From the NCBI GenBank assembly GCA_016840065.1, contig JAEOTB010000095.1, positions 1-55,743 on the forward strand: DNA of 55,743 bases, given 5' to 3'. A model generated the notes under the pieces. The model saw only the letters and a program-made list of their open reading frames with translations, searched no databases and was not told the DNA's origin. Of the stretch, positions 47,044-55,743 are shown piece after piece. Position numbers and translations under genes: made by a program. Each line of letters starts with the position of its first letter. The stretch's first letter is position 1. This stretch comes from Candidatus Hermodarchaeota archaeon (lineage in GTDB: Archaea; Asgardarchaeota; Hermodarchaeia; Hermodarchaeales; Hermodarchaeaceae).

Positions 47044-47807
47044 ACGTAGATGAAATACGCGCATTGAAAGGAAAACGTAAAATCATAATGTTGACTGCAT
47101 ACGATTACCAAATAGCGAAAATTCTGGATAACTTGGAAGTTGATATAATACTCGTCGGAGACAGCGTAGGCATGGTTGTACAAGGCCACCCTGACACAAA
47201 GAGCGTTACAATCGAAGATATGATGTATCACACACGTAATGTATCTCGTGCAACAACAAGACCACTTATTGTAAGCGACATGCCAATTAACAGTTACAAT
47301 ACGCCCCAACAAGGGCTAAAGAATGCCCAAAAACTCCTTGAGGCTGGCGCTCACGGAGTGAAAATTGAAGGAAGTTATCCAAAGATTGTGACAACTCTGT
47401 TGGAACACGATATTCCTGTAATGGGACACATTGGCCATCTCCCCCAGACTTCAGAGAAAGTACGAGTTCAGGGTAAAAGACCAGAACAAGCAGATCAAAT
47501 ATGGCGTGACGCTTTGCAATTGGATAAACTTGGAGCCTTCGGAATGGTGATTGAACTAGTACCTCTGTGGTTAGCCCGAAAAATCACTGCAGATGTAAAA
47601 TCTCCAACAATCGGAATCGGCGCCAGTAAATACTGCGATGGACAGGTCCTAGTCACTAATGACTTGTTAGGCTTAGATGCGGATTTCAAACCAAAATTCG
47701 TTAAGCGCTACGCGAACCTCCACGAAACAATTAGCGAAGCCGTACAACGATTCATCAAAGAAGTGAAGACCTGTACATACCCCGATAAACGCCATACATA
47801 CCACTAA
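47040..47807 (+). CDS. panB: Ketopantoate hydroxymethyltransferase
   Basis: MLTAYD, LVGDS, VKIEG, IGIGA, DGQVLV; TTG overlaps the panE stop. Confidence 0.96.
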   Translation: MNVDEIRALKGKRKIIMLTAYDYQIAKILDNLEVDIILVGDSVGMVVQGHPDTKSVTIEDMMYHTRNVSRATTRPLIVSDMPINSYNTPQQGLKNAQKLLEAGAHGVKIEGSYPKIVTTLLEHDIPVMGHIGHLPQTSEKVRVQGKRPEQADQIWRDALQLDKLGAFGMVIELVPLWLARKITADVKSPTIGIGASKYCDGQVLVTNDLLGLDADFKPKFVKRYANLHETISEAVQRFIKEVKTCTYPDKRHTYH

Positions 47808-47808
47808 C

Positions 47809-48984
47809 TTGGTGACTGAACTGCAAGAAAAAGGTGTATCTAGAAGAGTTTTGCTGAAGGAACTCGAAGCACAGTTGAGCGAGGATTTAGCATACGAGTC
47901 TGGGAGAATTCTAGGCTCTATGTGTACAAAGCCCCATTCTTTTGCTGCACAAGTTTACAGGAAATACATCGAGAAGAACCTTGGTGACCCTGGGCTTTTT
48001 CCTGCCTCTAAGCAAATCGAGCGTGAAGCCATTCAGATGTTAGGATCACTACTCGGAAAAACTGACGCTGTAGGACACATCGTTACAGGGGGCACAGAAG
48101 CGAACATACTAGCTATCTGGGCTGCCCGCAATCTCCATGGAGGAAAACAAGGAGACTTTATTGTACCAGCTTCAGCTCACCATTCATTTGACAAAGCGGC
48201 TGATTTACTCGGGTGCAAACTTGTTCGAGTACGCTTAAATGACAATTTTCAGGTTGACCCGGCAGCAGTCAGAGAAGCCATAAGTCCACGAACCTTTGCC
48301 ATTGTAGGAGTCGCAGGAACTACTGAGCTAGGGGTAGTAGACCCCATCAACGAGCTAGCTGAAATCGCAGAAAAGCGTAGTCTCCATCTTCACGTTGACG
48401 CAGCCTTTGGGGGTTTTGTTATCCCCTTCTTGGACAATGCAGTGAAAGAGCATCTTGAATTCGACTTTCGTCTTTCCGGTGTTTCCTCGATTACTATGGA
48501 CCCTCACAAGATGGGAATGTGTCCAATTCCTGCAGGTGGTATTTTCTTCAGGGATGAAGAGATGGCTTCTGCTATTAGCACTAACTTCACATACCTCTGC
48601 GGTGGTGAAACGGTGCATCAAACAATCGTTGGTACCCGTTCAGGGGCACCAGCTCTTGCCACTTGGGCAATGCTAAAGCATCTAGGTCGGGCAGGATACC
48701 GAAAAGTATTGAAGCGTTGCATGAAGTTAACCCATCAACTTGTCGCAGGGATTGAGGAAATAGAAGGATTGGCGGTAGTTAGTCCGCCGACTATGAATGT
48801 TGTTGGGATTAAATCAGATGTCATAGACGCTGAGATACTAGCCCAACAGATTCGTACTTTGAAGTGGGCTGTCGCGCTATTCCCTAAACACATCCGTGTT
48901 GTGGTTATGCCACACGTTAAATCATCGCATATCAAAAACTTCTTGGATGATTTGAAACAGATAACAGAAGCACTCAACAGGTGA
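47809..48984 (+). CDS. mfnA: PLP-dependent aspartate/tyrosine decarboxylase (beta-alanine supply)
   Basis: ILGSMCT, NLGDPGLFP, GGTEAN, HVDAAFGG, DPHKMG. Confidence 0.93.
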   Translation: MVTELQEKGVSRRVLLKELEAQLSEDLAYESGRILGSMCTKPHSFAAQVYRKYIEKNLGDPGLFPASKQIEREAIQMLGSLLGKTDAVGHIVTGGTEANILAIWAARNLHGGKQGDFIVPASAHHSFDKAADLLGCKLVRVRLNDNFQVDPAAVREAISPRTFAIVGVAGTTELGVVDPINELAEIAEKRSLHLHVDAAFGGFVIPFLDNAVKEHLEFDFRLSGVSSITMDPHKMGMCPIPAGGIFFRDEEMASAISTNFTYLCGGETVHQTIVGTRSGAPALATWAMLKHLGRAGYRKVLKRCMKLTHQLVAGIEEIEGLAVVSPPTMNVVGIKSDVIDAEILAQQIRTLKWAVALFPKHIRVVVMPHVKSSHIKNFLDDLKQITEALNR

Positions 48985-48991
48985 GTTAAAG

Positions 48992-50236
48992 ATGACACAT
49001 CCATCCAAAGACATCAAAGAGAGCCTCGGAACAGAACTCCGTGGAAAGGTCATTGTACTATGCATCACAGGTAGTGTTGCAGCGGTTCAATGTCCTGAAA
49101 TCGCTAGGAAACTAATGCGCCACGGTGCAGAGGTATATGCAGTGTTCTCTGATGCTGCCCAAACAATCATTCACCCCTATTTGATGGAATGGTCCACTGG
49201 AAACCCAGTTGTTACCGAGTTGACTGGTAAAATCGAACACGTAGCGCTAGCCGGCAATCACAGCTACAAAGCTGATCTTGTGCTTGTCGCACCAGCTACT
49301 GCGAATACGATTTCGAAAATAGCGATGGCGATTGATGATACACCTGTAACATCTACGGTAACAACAGCGTTTGGAGCAGGAGTTCCCATCATGATTGTTC
49401 CTGCAATGCACGCATCAATGTACAATCATCCAATCTTGAAGGAAAATATTCAGAAACTTGAGAGCATAGATGTCGAGTTCGTTGGACCAAGGCTAGAGGA
49501 AGGAAAAGCTAAGATAGCCACTCCAGATGAAATTATTCATTCTATTATTCGTAAGCTTGGCGCTAAACAAGACCTAGCCAAAGTTAAAGTTCTGGTGACA
49601 GCGGGACCAACCATTGAATATCTAGATCCAGTACGTATTCTTACAAACCGAAGTTCAGGTAGAATGGGGGTAGAGATTGCACGAGCAGCCTGGAATAGAG
49701 GTGCTGATGTAACTTTGGTCTTTGGACGAGGAAGCGTTCCACCCCCAGACGAAGTCAGTGTAATTCACGCTGAAACTGGCCAAGAAATGTATGATTCAGT
49801 TGTTTCCGAGCTTAAATCCAAAGAGTATAGAGTTGTAATAGCTGCTGCCGCTGTTGCTGATTGGACGCCTAAGACTCCTAAACGGGAAAAGGTTGCTACC
49901 AGAAAGACGGCCACGCTTTCTATTCAACTCCGACCTACTAAAAAGATTGTAGACAAAGTCAAAGAGATTAGACAGGAAACCTTTCTCGTATTATTCAAAG
50001 CTGAACATGGTGTTTCGAATGACGAGTTAATAGATCGCGCCTATCAGAGATTGCAGACCGCGAATGCAGATTTAATTGTCGCTAATGATGTTGGTCGCCC
50101 CGAGGTAGGTTTTGAAGCGTTAACAAACGAGTTGTTCATCATTGACAAGGAGAAGAATGTTGTACATATCCAGCTAACCTCCAAACAAGAGGCAGCCCAA
50201 CGTCTTCTAGACATTATTGTGTCAAAACTTCCTTAA
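48992..50236 (+). CDS. coaBC: Bifunctional phosphopantothenoylcysteine decarboxylase/synthetase
   Basis: TGSVAA, APATANT, PAMH, DPVRILTNRSSGRMG, VAND. Confidence 0.96.
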   Translation: MTHPSKDIKESLGTELRGKVIVLCITGSVAAVQCPEIARKLMRHGAEVYAVFSDAAQTIIHPYLMEWSTGNPVVTELTGKIEHVALAGNHSYKADLVLVAPATANTISKIAMAIDDTPVTSTVTTAFGAGVPIMIVPAMHASMYNHPILKENIQKLESIDVEFVGPRLEEGKAKIATPDEIIHSIIRKLGAKQDLAKVKVLVTAGPTIEYLDPVRILTNRSSGRMGVEIARAAWNRGADVTLVFGRGSVPPPDEVSVIHAETGQEMYDSVVSELKSKEYRVVIAAAAVADWTPKTPKREKVATRKTATLSIQLRPTKKIVDKVKEIRQETFLVLFKAEHGVSNDELIDRAYQRLQTANADLIVANDVGRPEVGFEALTNELFIIDKEKNVVHIQLTSKQEAAQRLLDIIVSKLP

Positions 50237-50265
50237 TCGGAAGGCTTGTAGCTAGCTGAGATACG

Positions 50266-51291
50266 TTAAAGCGGATTGACCAAGGCTTGCCATAGAGCGT
50301 CTTCTTTTGGTTGAGGCAGCGGATTCTGTGAACCATCCAGTTCAGTGATGAGACGAGTCTTTGGATTCTCCACCAATTTCCCGATTATTGAGGCATCAAT
50401 CCCAATTTGATTCAAGGCAGCGAGAACCTTCTGAGTTTTAGAGGATTTCACAGCCATTAACATTGCACCACTAGCAATCAAGTTGAGTGGGTTAATTTCA
50501 AGGAGACTACATATCTGGCGTGTTTCTTCGTGAATAACAAGGGCCCCCCGTTTTATGATAAACCCTAACTGCGATGCGTCAGCCATTTCGTGAAGTCCGT
50601 TTGCAACTCCGCCCTCGGTTGGGTCATGCATTGCAGTTACTGCCCGCAAATCCATAACTCGTATTGCTTCTTTTACTACACTTATTTTTTTGAGAAATCT
50701 CTTAGCTCGCTGAATTGTTGAATTGTCAAGATGTTTAGAAAGATCGTTAGCACGGTCAGTGGCTAGGATGGCTGTGCCTTCAATGGCAACGCCCTTGCTG
50801 AGGATTAATACATTGTTTGGTTTGGCAGAAGCAGATGTTACATATCTGCCTTTTTCAGCAACACCAAGCATAAAGCCGATGACAATAGGGCGAGGAATAC
50901 CCGGGGTGACCTCGGTATGCCCTCCAATGATAGAAACATCAAGACTTAGAGCTGCCTCATGCATAGACTTCATGATGTTTCTTAGAAGACTTTCGTCCGT
51001 TTTTTCAGGGAGAAGAATGGTAGCTAGAAACCATCTAGGGCGTATACCGAAGGTAGCAATATCATTTGCGCAGATATGAAGCGCATAAGATCCTATACCT
51101 TCAAGTGCACCAGTTATAGGATCGGTAGTAGCAGCGATAACACGACGCCCTACTCGAACAAGAGCAGCGTCTCGTCCTATTCCTGGTCCATAGAGTATAT
51201 CTGAATCAGGCTTGCCTAGAAAGTGAAAAACACTATCAGTCAATATTTTTGGAGGAACTTTTCCTGCACGTATTAACGGCACTGAAATCAC
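50266..51291 (-). CDS. AIR synthase-related (HypE/PurM-like) protein
   Basis: GPGIGRDAA, TTDPIT, GGHTE, HDPTEGG. Confidence 0.88.
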   Translation of the reverse strand: MISVPLIRAGKVPPKILTDSVFHFLGKPDSDILYGPGIGRDAALVRVGRRVIAATTDPITGALEGIGSYALHICANDIATFGIRPRWFLATILLPEKTDESLLRNIMKSMHEAALSLDVSIIGGHTEVTPGIPRPIVIGFMLGVAEKGRYVTSASAKPNNVLILSKGVAIEGTAILATDRANDLSKHLDNSTIQRAKRFLKKISVVKEAIRVMDLRAVTAMHDPTEGGVANGLHEMADASQLGFIIKRGALVIHEETRQICSLLEINPLNLIASGAMLMAVKSSKTQKVLAALNQIGIDASIIGKLVENPKTRLITELDGSQNPLPQPKEDALWQALVNPL

Positions 51292-51480
51292 AACTTCAGA
51301 TACTTGAATTTAGTACTACGGAATTCTTATTCCTTTGTCTGAGGAGTAGCATAAAAAGGAGAAGCATAAAAAGGACGATTTCACACAACTTTATCAGCAA
51401 TTAAGTAAGAAGTAGTATAGAAGACTAAAGTAAGATAGGATAGTCTAACAGCAGTTGTACTCTAAAATTGGAGTTGAAAA

Positions 51481-52350
51481 ATAATACCAAGCAAAAGGAC
51501 TTCCATTATAGCAGGTCTGTTCTTGATATGTGCGTTAGCACTAGTAGCAGATATGCTCTTCCTAGGGGGAGGTTTCTTAGACTCGCTCTTGCCCGGTCTT
51601 AATTCACTCTTGAATATTCTGATTATTCCTCTTTTACCGATTTTTGTAGTTAGTGCGATTTTAGATAGACGAGGGGCTGGTGAAACAAGTCCGCCGCCTA
51701 GAACCCGACAGACACGGAGACGCCCCAGTGGAGTCCGATCCGCTTCAGGACAGGCTGTCCCTCAAAGGACACAAACAAGAATCAAGCGAGGAAGACAGGC
51801 AAGGAAGTTAGAAACGATTGTGGTTGAAGGTGATGAAAAACCGACAACTCCAACACGACCTGTTCAAACCCAGCCAACTACTGAGCAAACTAGACCCCAG
51901 CCGACAAGAACACAACCTACACCACAGCCAGAAAGCAGCCCTGCTACCCAAGCTACTACAGAGAAGCCTGTTCTTGATGTTGAACAACAATTAGCAGCAA
52001 TCGAGCAGGAGATGGCTAAACTCGAAGAAGAAATGGGAGAACCAGGAACAGAATTCCCTTCCTCACCATCCCCCACCGAACCTGCGGCAGCGCCAGAAAC
52101 AGAAATACCATCCTCACCTCTACCTACCGAGTCCGTTGACCCAGGACAGACAGAACCAACGACGGATATGGAATCTCTCTTTCCTTCTTTTGATTTACCA
52201 CAAGAAGACAAATCTTCTGAGCTGAAAGCCCTAGACGAGCTTCTTGCTCGTTTAGAACAAAGGCGAAAAACAGGAAGTATCTCCGAAAGCACCTATGAGC
52301 GGCTTAAAACTCGATATTTGAAACGGAAAGCAGAGATTTCCAGTAGTTAA
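51481..52350 (+). CDS. Membrane-anchored protein with P/T/E-rich linker and SHOCT-like C-terminus
   Basis: Two N-terminal TM helices, disordered linker, GSISESTYERLK; start uncertain (ATA 51481/51484 or TTG 51523). Confidence 0.7.
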   Translation: MIPSKRTSIIAGLFLICALALVADMLFLGGGFLDSLLPGLNSLLNILIIPLLPIFVVSAILDRRGAGETSPPPRTRQTRRRPSGVRSASGQAVPQRTQTRIKRGRQARKLETIVVEGDEKPTTPTRPVQTQPTTEQTRPQPTRTQPTPQPESSPATQATTEKPVLDVEQQLAAIEQEMAKLEEEMGEPGTEFPSSPSPTEPAAAPETEIPSSPLPTESVDPGQTEPTTDMESLFPSFDLPQEDKSSELKALDELLARLEQRRKTGSISESTYERLKTRYLKRKAEISSS

Positions 52351-52364
52351 CCTTGTTTGACGGC

Positions 52365-53153
52365 TTAGAATCGATAAAGCGCTTCACGACGTAATTTTAA
52401 CGCGGGTAGCTGCTCTTGGACTTGCGTGATACGGTTGAGGTCTATCACTGCACTTATTATCTGTGGTGTATTATCCGCTTGGGCTAGTGCCTTACCTTCT
52501 GGGTCGATAATCGCACTTCGCCCACCAAAAGTGTGTTTACCATCGCTTCCAACGCAATTGCACCCGACTACAAACACTTGATTTTCAATAGCTCTCGCTC
52601 TGAGTAAAGTCGCCCATATTGAAATCCGTTCTATTGGAAACTCAGCGGGTACAAAAATAACCTGGGCGCCGCGAAGAGCAAGAGATCGCGTGAGTTCAGG
52701 GAAGCGAATATCAAAACAGATTGCAGCCCCAAACATCCCAAGATTCGTCTTGAAGAGAGGTAGTGCTGTTCCTGGAGTTAGATACTGATTTTCCGCAAAG
52801 GGAGGAAAAAGATGTATTTTGTCATAACTTCCGAGTATCCGACCGTCTTTTGCTATCATCTTACAAGTATTGAAGATGTGTTTTCCGCGCTTCTCCAGTA
52901 AGCTACCTGCAACAAGGAATATGTGATACCGACTAGCTAATTCCCGAAGTAAATTAATGGAGTAACCATCTTGTTTTTCAGCAAGCACACTTGCCTTGTC
53001 TAAGCAGTAACCCGTCGTGAATAACTCAGGCAGAACTAGTATATCAGCCCGAAGGCGTGACGCCTCGTGGATTGCTTGAACAACTGATTTCAGGTTAGAC
53101 TCCTTATCTCCGAATATAACATCAATTTGCGCACAAGCAATATGCAATTGCAT
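52365..53153 (-). CDS. Carbon-nitrogen hydrolase (nitrilase/omega-amidase family)
   Basis: LPELF, YDKIHLF, ICFDIRFPE, RARAIENQ. Confidence 0.95.
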   Translation of the reverse strand: MQLHIACAQIDVIFGDKESNLKSVVQAIHEASRLRADILVLPELFTTGYCLDKASVLAEKQDGYSINLLRELASRYHIFLVAGSLLEKRGKHIFNTCKMIAKDGRILGSYDKIHLFPPFAENQYLTPGTALPLFKTNLGMFGAAICFDIRFPELTRSLALRGAQVIFVPAEFPIERISIWATLLRARAIENQVFVVGCNCVGSDGKHTFGGRSAIIDPEGKALAQADNTPQIISAVIDLNRITQVQEQLPALKLRREALYRF

Positions 53154-53255
53154 AACATATCAAACATAGATATGTTTCACTCAAAACTCTAGCGATGACC
53201 TCAAACCTCAGAAAGCTTTTTGTCCAAAGTGCAAATAGCACACAAGGTTGATTAT

Positions 53256-53615
53256 ATGACTGAAGTTGACCTCAAGCCCGCAGTACTCATGAAAATCAAA
53301 GACTTTACCAACTTGATTCGTTTAGTTAGTTTTTGGACCATGCGGGAGCGAACTGCAACTTTGTTTCACTTTCAGAAAGGCAAGAGGAACATTATTGGAA
53401 CATACACCATTCTTCCAGGCTACTACAAATTAGAAGGTTTGCCCCTTTTCATCTATATTGAACAAGAGGAAGCCCCCAAAGGACCATTTGTTAAATATCG
53501 CGCTGATCCTGCAGAGGAATGGGGTTATACAGACGGAACCTTTGATAGGCAATTTCCAATTTACATACCTTTGATTACACTAGACGAGGTACCTATCTTC
53601 TTATCAAATGTCTAG
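53256..53615 (+). CDS. Hypothetical protein
   Basis: AGGTTGA SD before ATG 53256; globular composition. Confidence 0.7.
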   Translation: MTEVDLKPAVLMKIKDFTNLIRLVSFWTMRERTATLFHFQKGKRNIIGTYTILPGYYKLEGLPLFIYIEQEEAPKGPFVKYRADPAEEWGYTDGTFDRQFPIYIPLITLDEVPIFLSNV

Positions 53616-53682
53616 GACTTCACCCGGAGTAATACTCCATTAGAGCAAATGCATTCTAAGTATTCATCAAGAAGTGCTGCCG

Positions 53683-54753
53683 CTACTCACCTAAATCTTC
53701 CGAAGCTGGGAGGGGCGAAGCTTCATCAGAGGCTGCGAAGAAGCTGATGACATAAGCGATAACGAAGATAAGACTTGAACCAACAATTAGAATCTCCTTT
53801 AAGAGGAATATGTCGAAATTACGAAAGAGTTCAACGAGTGCAAAGGGAAACAGGAACAGGATGCCGAAAAGAGAAAGCTTTCTCTCACCCTCAATTCCTG
53901 CACAGAATTTTGTGATGTATGTAATCACAACGATAGCCAAACACGCCATGTTGATGTAGAAGATTAAACCTAGCGTCCCTCCAATTGCTAGTGGATCGAT
54001 GAGATACAATTTGAACCCAAAAGGATCAAACCAACGATTAAGGAAGACAAACAGCAGACCTGCTATAATTGCTTCGATAAACCAAATTACCCAAACTATA
54101 CCTCCCTTCTCTGTTCGTACTTTACCTCTTGCGTCTAGCGTACCATAAGAAAGATGTAAGAGAGAGCCAATAGCTAAGGCGTTGACTAAGCAGCAGGATA
54201 CGAAGTAGATGGGGTCCACAAGGACAATCCATGTAGAGAAGACGAGTGGCCCAATGGAACTTAGAAAGTATGTGAACCAGAAAAAGAGGAGATAGACTGG
54301 GAGCGCTGCTATGAGACAGAAGAGAAGAGCCGTGTAGAGCAGACGGGCACCAGACCCTTTATTCCAAATAAACTCAGAGTGGTAGACTATTCGCCATGCA
54401 AGGACAAGAGCAGCGAAGACGGCGAGAGGCGGCGAGATGAAAGGGAATAGGAAGAAGGATACAATAATGAGAGTGTTGAAGCCATAGAACAATCGCCACC
54501 GAAATGGGATGATTGTAGTTTTTTCCGATAAATTAGAAAATGCTTTGGTTGTTCTCTCTTGGAATATGAAGATAAACAAGACCCAAGGAAAAGCGAATAC
54601 TACAGGCATTATTCCATAGCGAATAGCGCTGGGGGCAGGTACTAGAGTTAAATGAAAGAGTACCGCGAAGTAGATTATCAGACCCACAGCTGCGATTATA
54701 GGTGTTAGTATCCTTGACGCTTTGGCGCGCGCTTCAACTGACATACTCACCAC
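53683..54753 (-). CDS. Polytopic membrane protein
   Basis: About 9-10 hydrophobic segments. Confidence 0.78.
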   Translation of the reverse strand: MVSMSVEARAKASRILTPIIAAVGLIIYFAVLFHLTLVPAPSAIRYGIMPVVFAFPWVLFIFIFQERTTKAFSNLSEKTTIIPFRWRLFYGFNTLIIVSFFLFPFISPPLAVFAALVLAWRIVYHSEFIWNKGSGARLLYTALLFCLIAALPVYLLFFWFTYFLSSIGPLVFSTWIVLVDPIYFVSCCLVNALAIGSLLHLSYGTLDARGKVRTEKGGIVWVIWFIEAIIAGLLFVFLNRWFDPFGFKLYLIDPLAIGGTLGLIFYINMACLAIVVITYITKFCAGIEGERKLSLFGILFLFPFALVELFRNFDIFLLKEILIVGSSLIFVIAYVISFFAASDEASPLPASEDLGE

Positions 54754-54889
54754 CTTATTGGAACATGGATTTTAACTTGATGGCAAGCACGCGTTTCATC
54801 TTCGTTTCATTAGAAACGCTTAAATGGCTCGCCCATTAAGAGCCACAAATACTTTATCACCATAAATTAATTGCTAGAAGTGTATTATT

Positions 54890-55743
54890 ATGGGACCGAT
54901 TAAAGTCGCAATCGCCGGATTAGGAAACTGTGCATCCAGCCTCGTCCAAGGCATTTTTTATTACAAAGACGTAACTGGGAAAGAAGAACGTGTAACCGGA
55001 TTGATGCACCCCGACTTCGGTGGCTATTTACCACGCGACATCAAGTTTACCGCAGCCTTTGAAATTAATAGAGATAAAATCGGTAAAGACATTGCTGAAG
55101 CAATCTTCGTCCCACCAAATTGCGTCGCTGAATTCGCTGAAGTACCTAAATTAGGTGTAAAGGTCCAAGCGGCTCCAATAAAGGACGGCGTTGCTAAGCA
55201 CATGCAGCAACCTTTCGTCTGCTATGACCCCAAGGAAATCAAACCTGTTGATGTAGCAGATGAACTGCGTCGCAGCGGCTCTGAAATCCTAATCAACTTC
55301 CTACCAGTCGGGAGTGCGAAAGGCTCACGATTTTACGCACAAGCTGCATTAGAGGCAGGATGCGGCTTCATAAATTGCATACCCGAGTTCATCGTCTCTG
55401 ATGCTGGTTGGCAGAAGAAATACCACAAAGCAGGCTTACCTATGGCTGGAGACGATATTAAAAGCCAAGTAGGCGCAACAATACTCCACCGAGTCTTAGC
55501 TACTCTACTAATGGATCGAGGCATCGACATCAAGGAGACGTACCAACTTAATTTAGGGGGGAATACCGATTTTGAAAACATGTTGGCTGAGTATCGTTTG
55601 AAGAGTAAGCGTATTAGTAAGACTGAGGCTGTGACGAGTTTGCTTCCTCATCCTGTTCCTACTCGTATTGGTCCTAGCGATTATGTCCCGTTCTTGAAGG
55701 ATAACAAGATCTGTTATATCAGTTTGCGGGGTGAGAAGTGGGG
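54890..55743 (+). CDS. ino1: Myo-inositol-1-phosphate synthase (3'-truncated; missing from ORF track)
   Basis: MGPIKVAIAGLGNCASSLVQG, NFLPVGS, GDDIKSQVGAT, LNLGGNTDF. Confidence 0.95.
   Translation, partial: MGPIKVAIAGLGNCASSLVQGIFYYKDVTGKEERVTGLMHPDFGGYLPRDIKFTAAFEINRDKIGKDIAEAIFVPPNCVAEFAEVPKLGVKVQAAPIKDGVAKHMQQPFVCYDPKEIKPVDVADELRRSGSEILINFLPVGSAKGSRFYAQAALEAGCGFINCIPEFIVSDAGWQKKYHKAGLPMAGDDIKSQVGATILHRVLATLLMDRGIDIKETYQLNLGGNTDFENMLAEYRLKSKRISKTEAVTSLLPHPVPTRIGPSDYVPFLKDNKICYISLRGEKW

Noticed and set aside
1-55743. Many short antisense or overlapping ORFs in the track; CRISPR arrays, IS elements, rRNA
   Set aside because: The short ORFs shadow well-supported genes. No repeat-spacer array, transposase/integrase motif or rRNA sequence was seen.

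Overview
Gene-dense archaeal chromosomal segment, most likely from an Asgard archaeon. This is an inference from the longin-fused small GTPases, uDENN/longin-like, roadblock, ESCRT-II-like and RING-type proteins, together with an archaeal histone, L13e, a splicing endonuclease and pantoate kinase/phosphopantothenate synthetase (PoK/PPS). Housekeeping genes include lig, rnhB, gltX, psmB, prs, a LipS1/LipS2 lipoate cluster and a contiguous CoA-biosynthesis operon. I saw no transposase, integrase or CRISPR array. The main discovery is a candidate 31-nt bulge-helix-bulge-type (BHB/BHL) intron (7196-7226, minus strand) inside a protein-coding eukaryotic-signature gene. Removing it at the positions predicted by the endonuclease cleavage rule repairs a frameshift. 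It also restores an N-terminus collinear with an intronless paralog 2 kb away. That gene lies in a duplicated [longin-GTPase + uDENN-like] cassette, in which the other uDENN-like copy is fused to a TFB-like domain. The window also encodes a splicing endonuclease with the broad-specificity crenarchaeal-type loop and a two-intron tRNA-Gln. Other signals are an unannotated ~150-nt structured C/U-rich ncRNA and several genes that appear to need ATC/ATA/CTG starts. All family calls come from motif recognition by eye; no searches were run.
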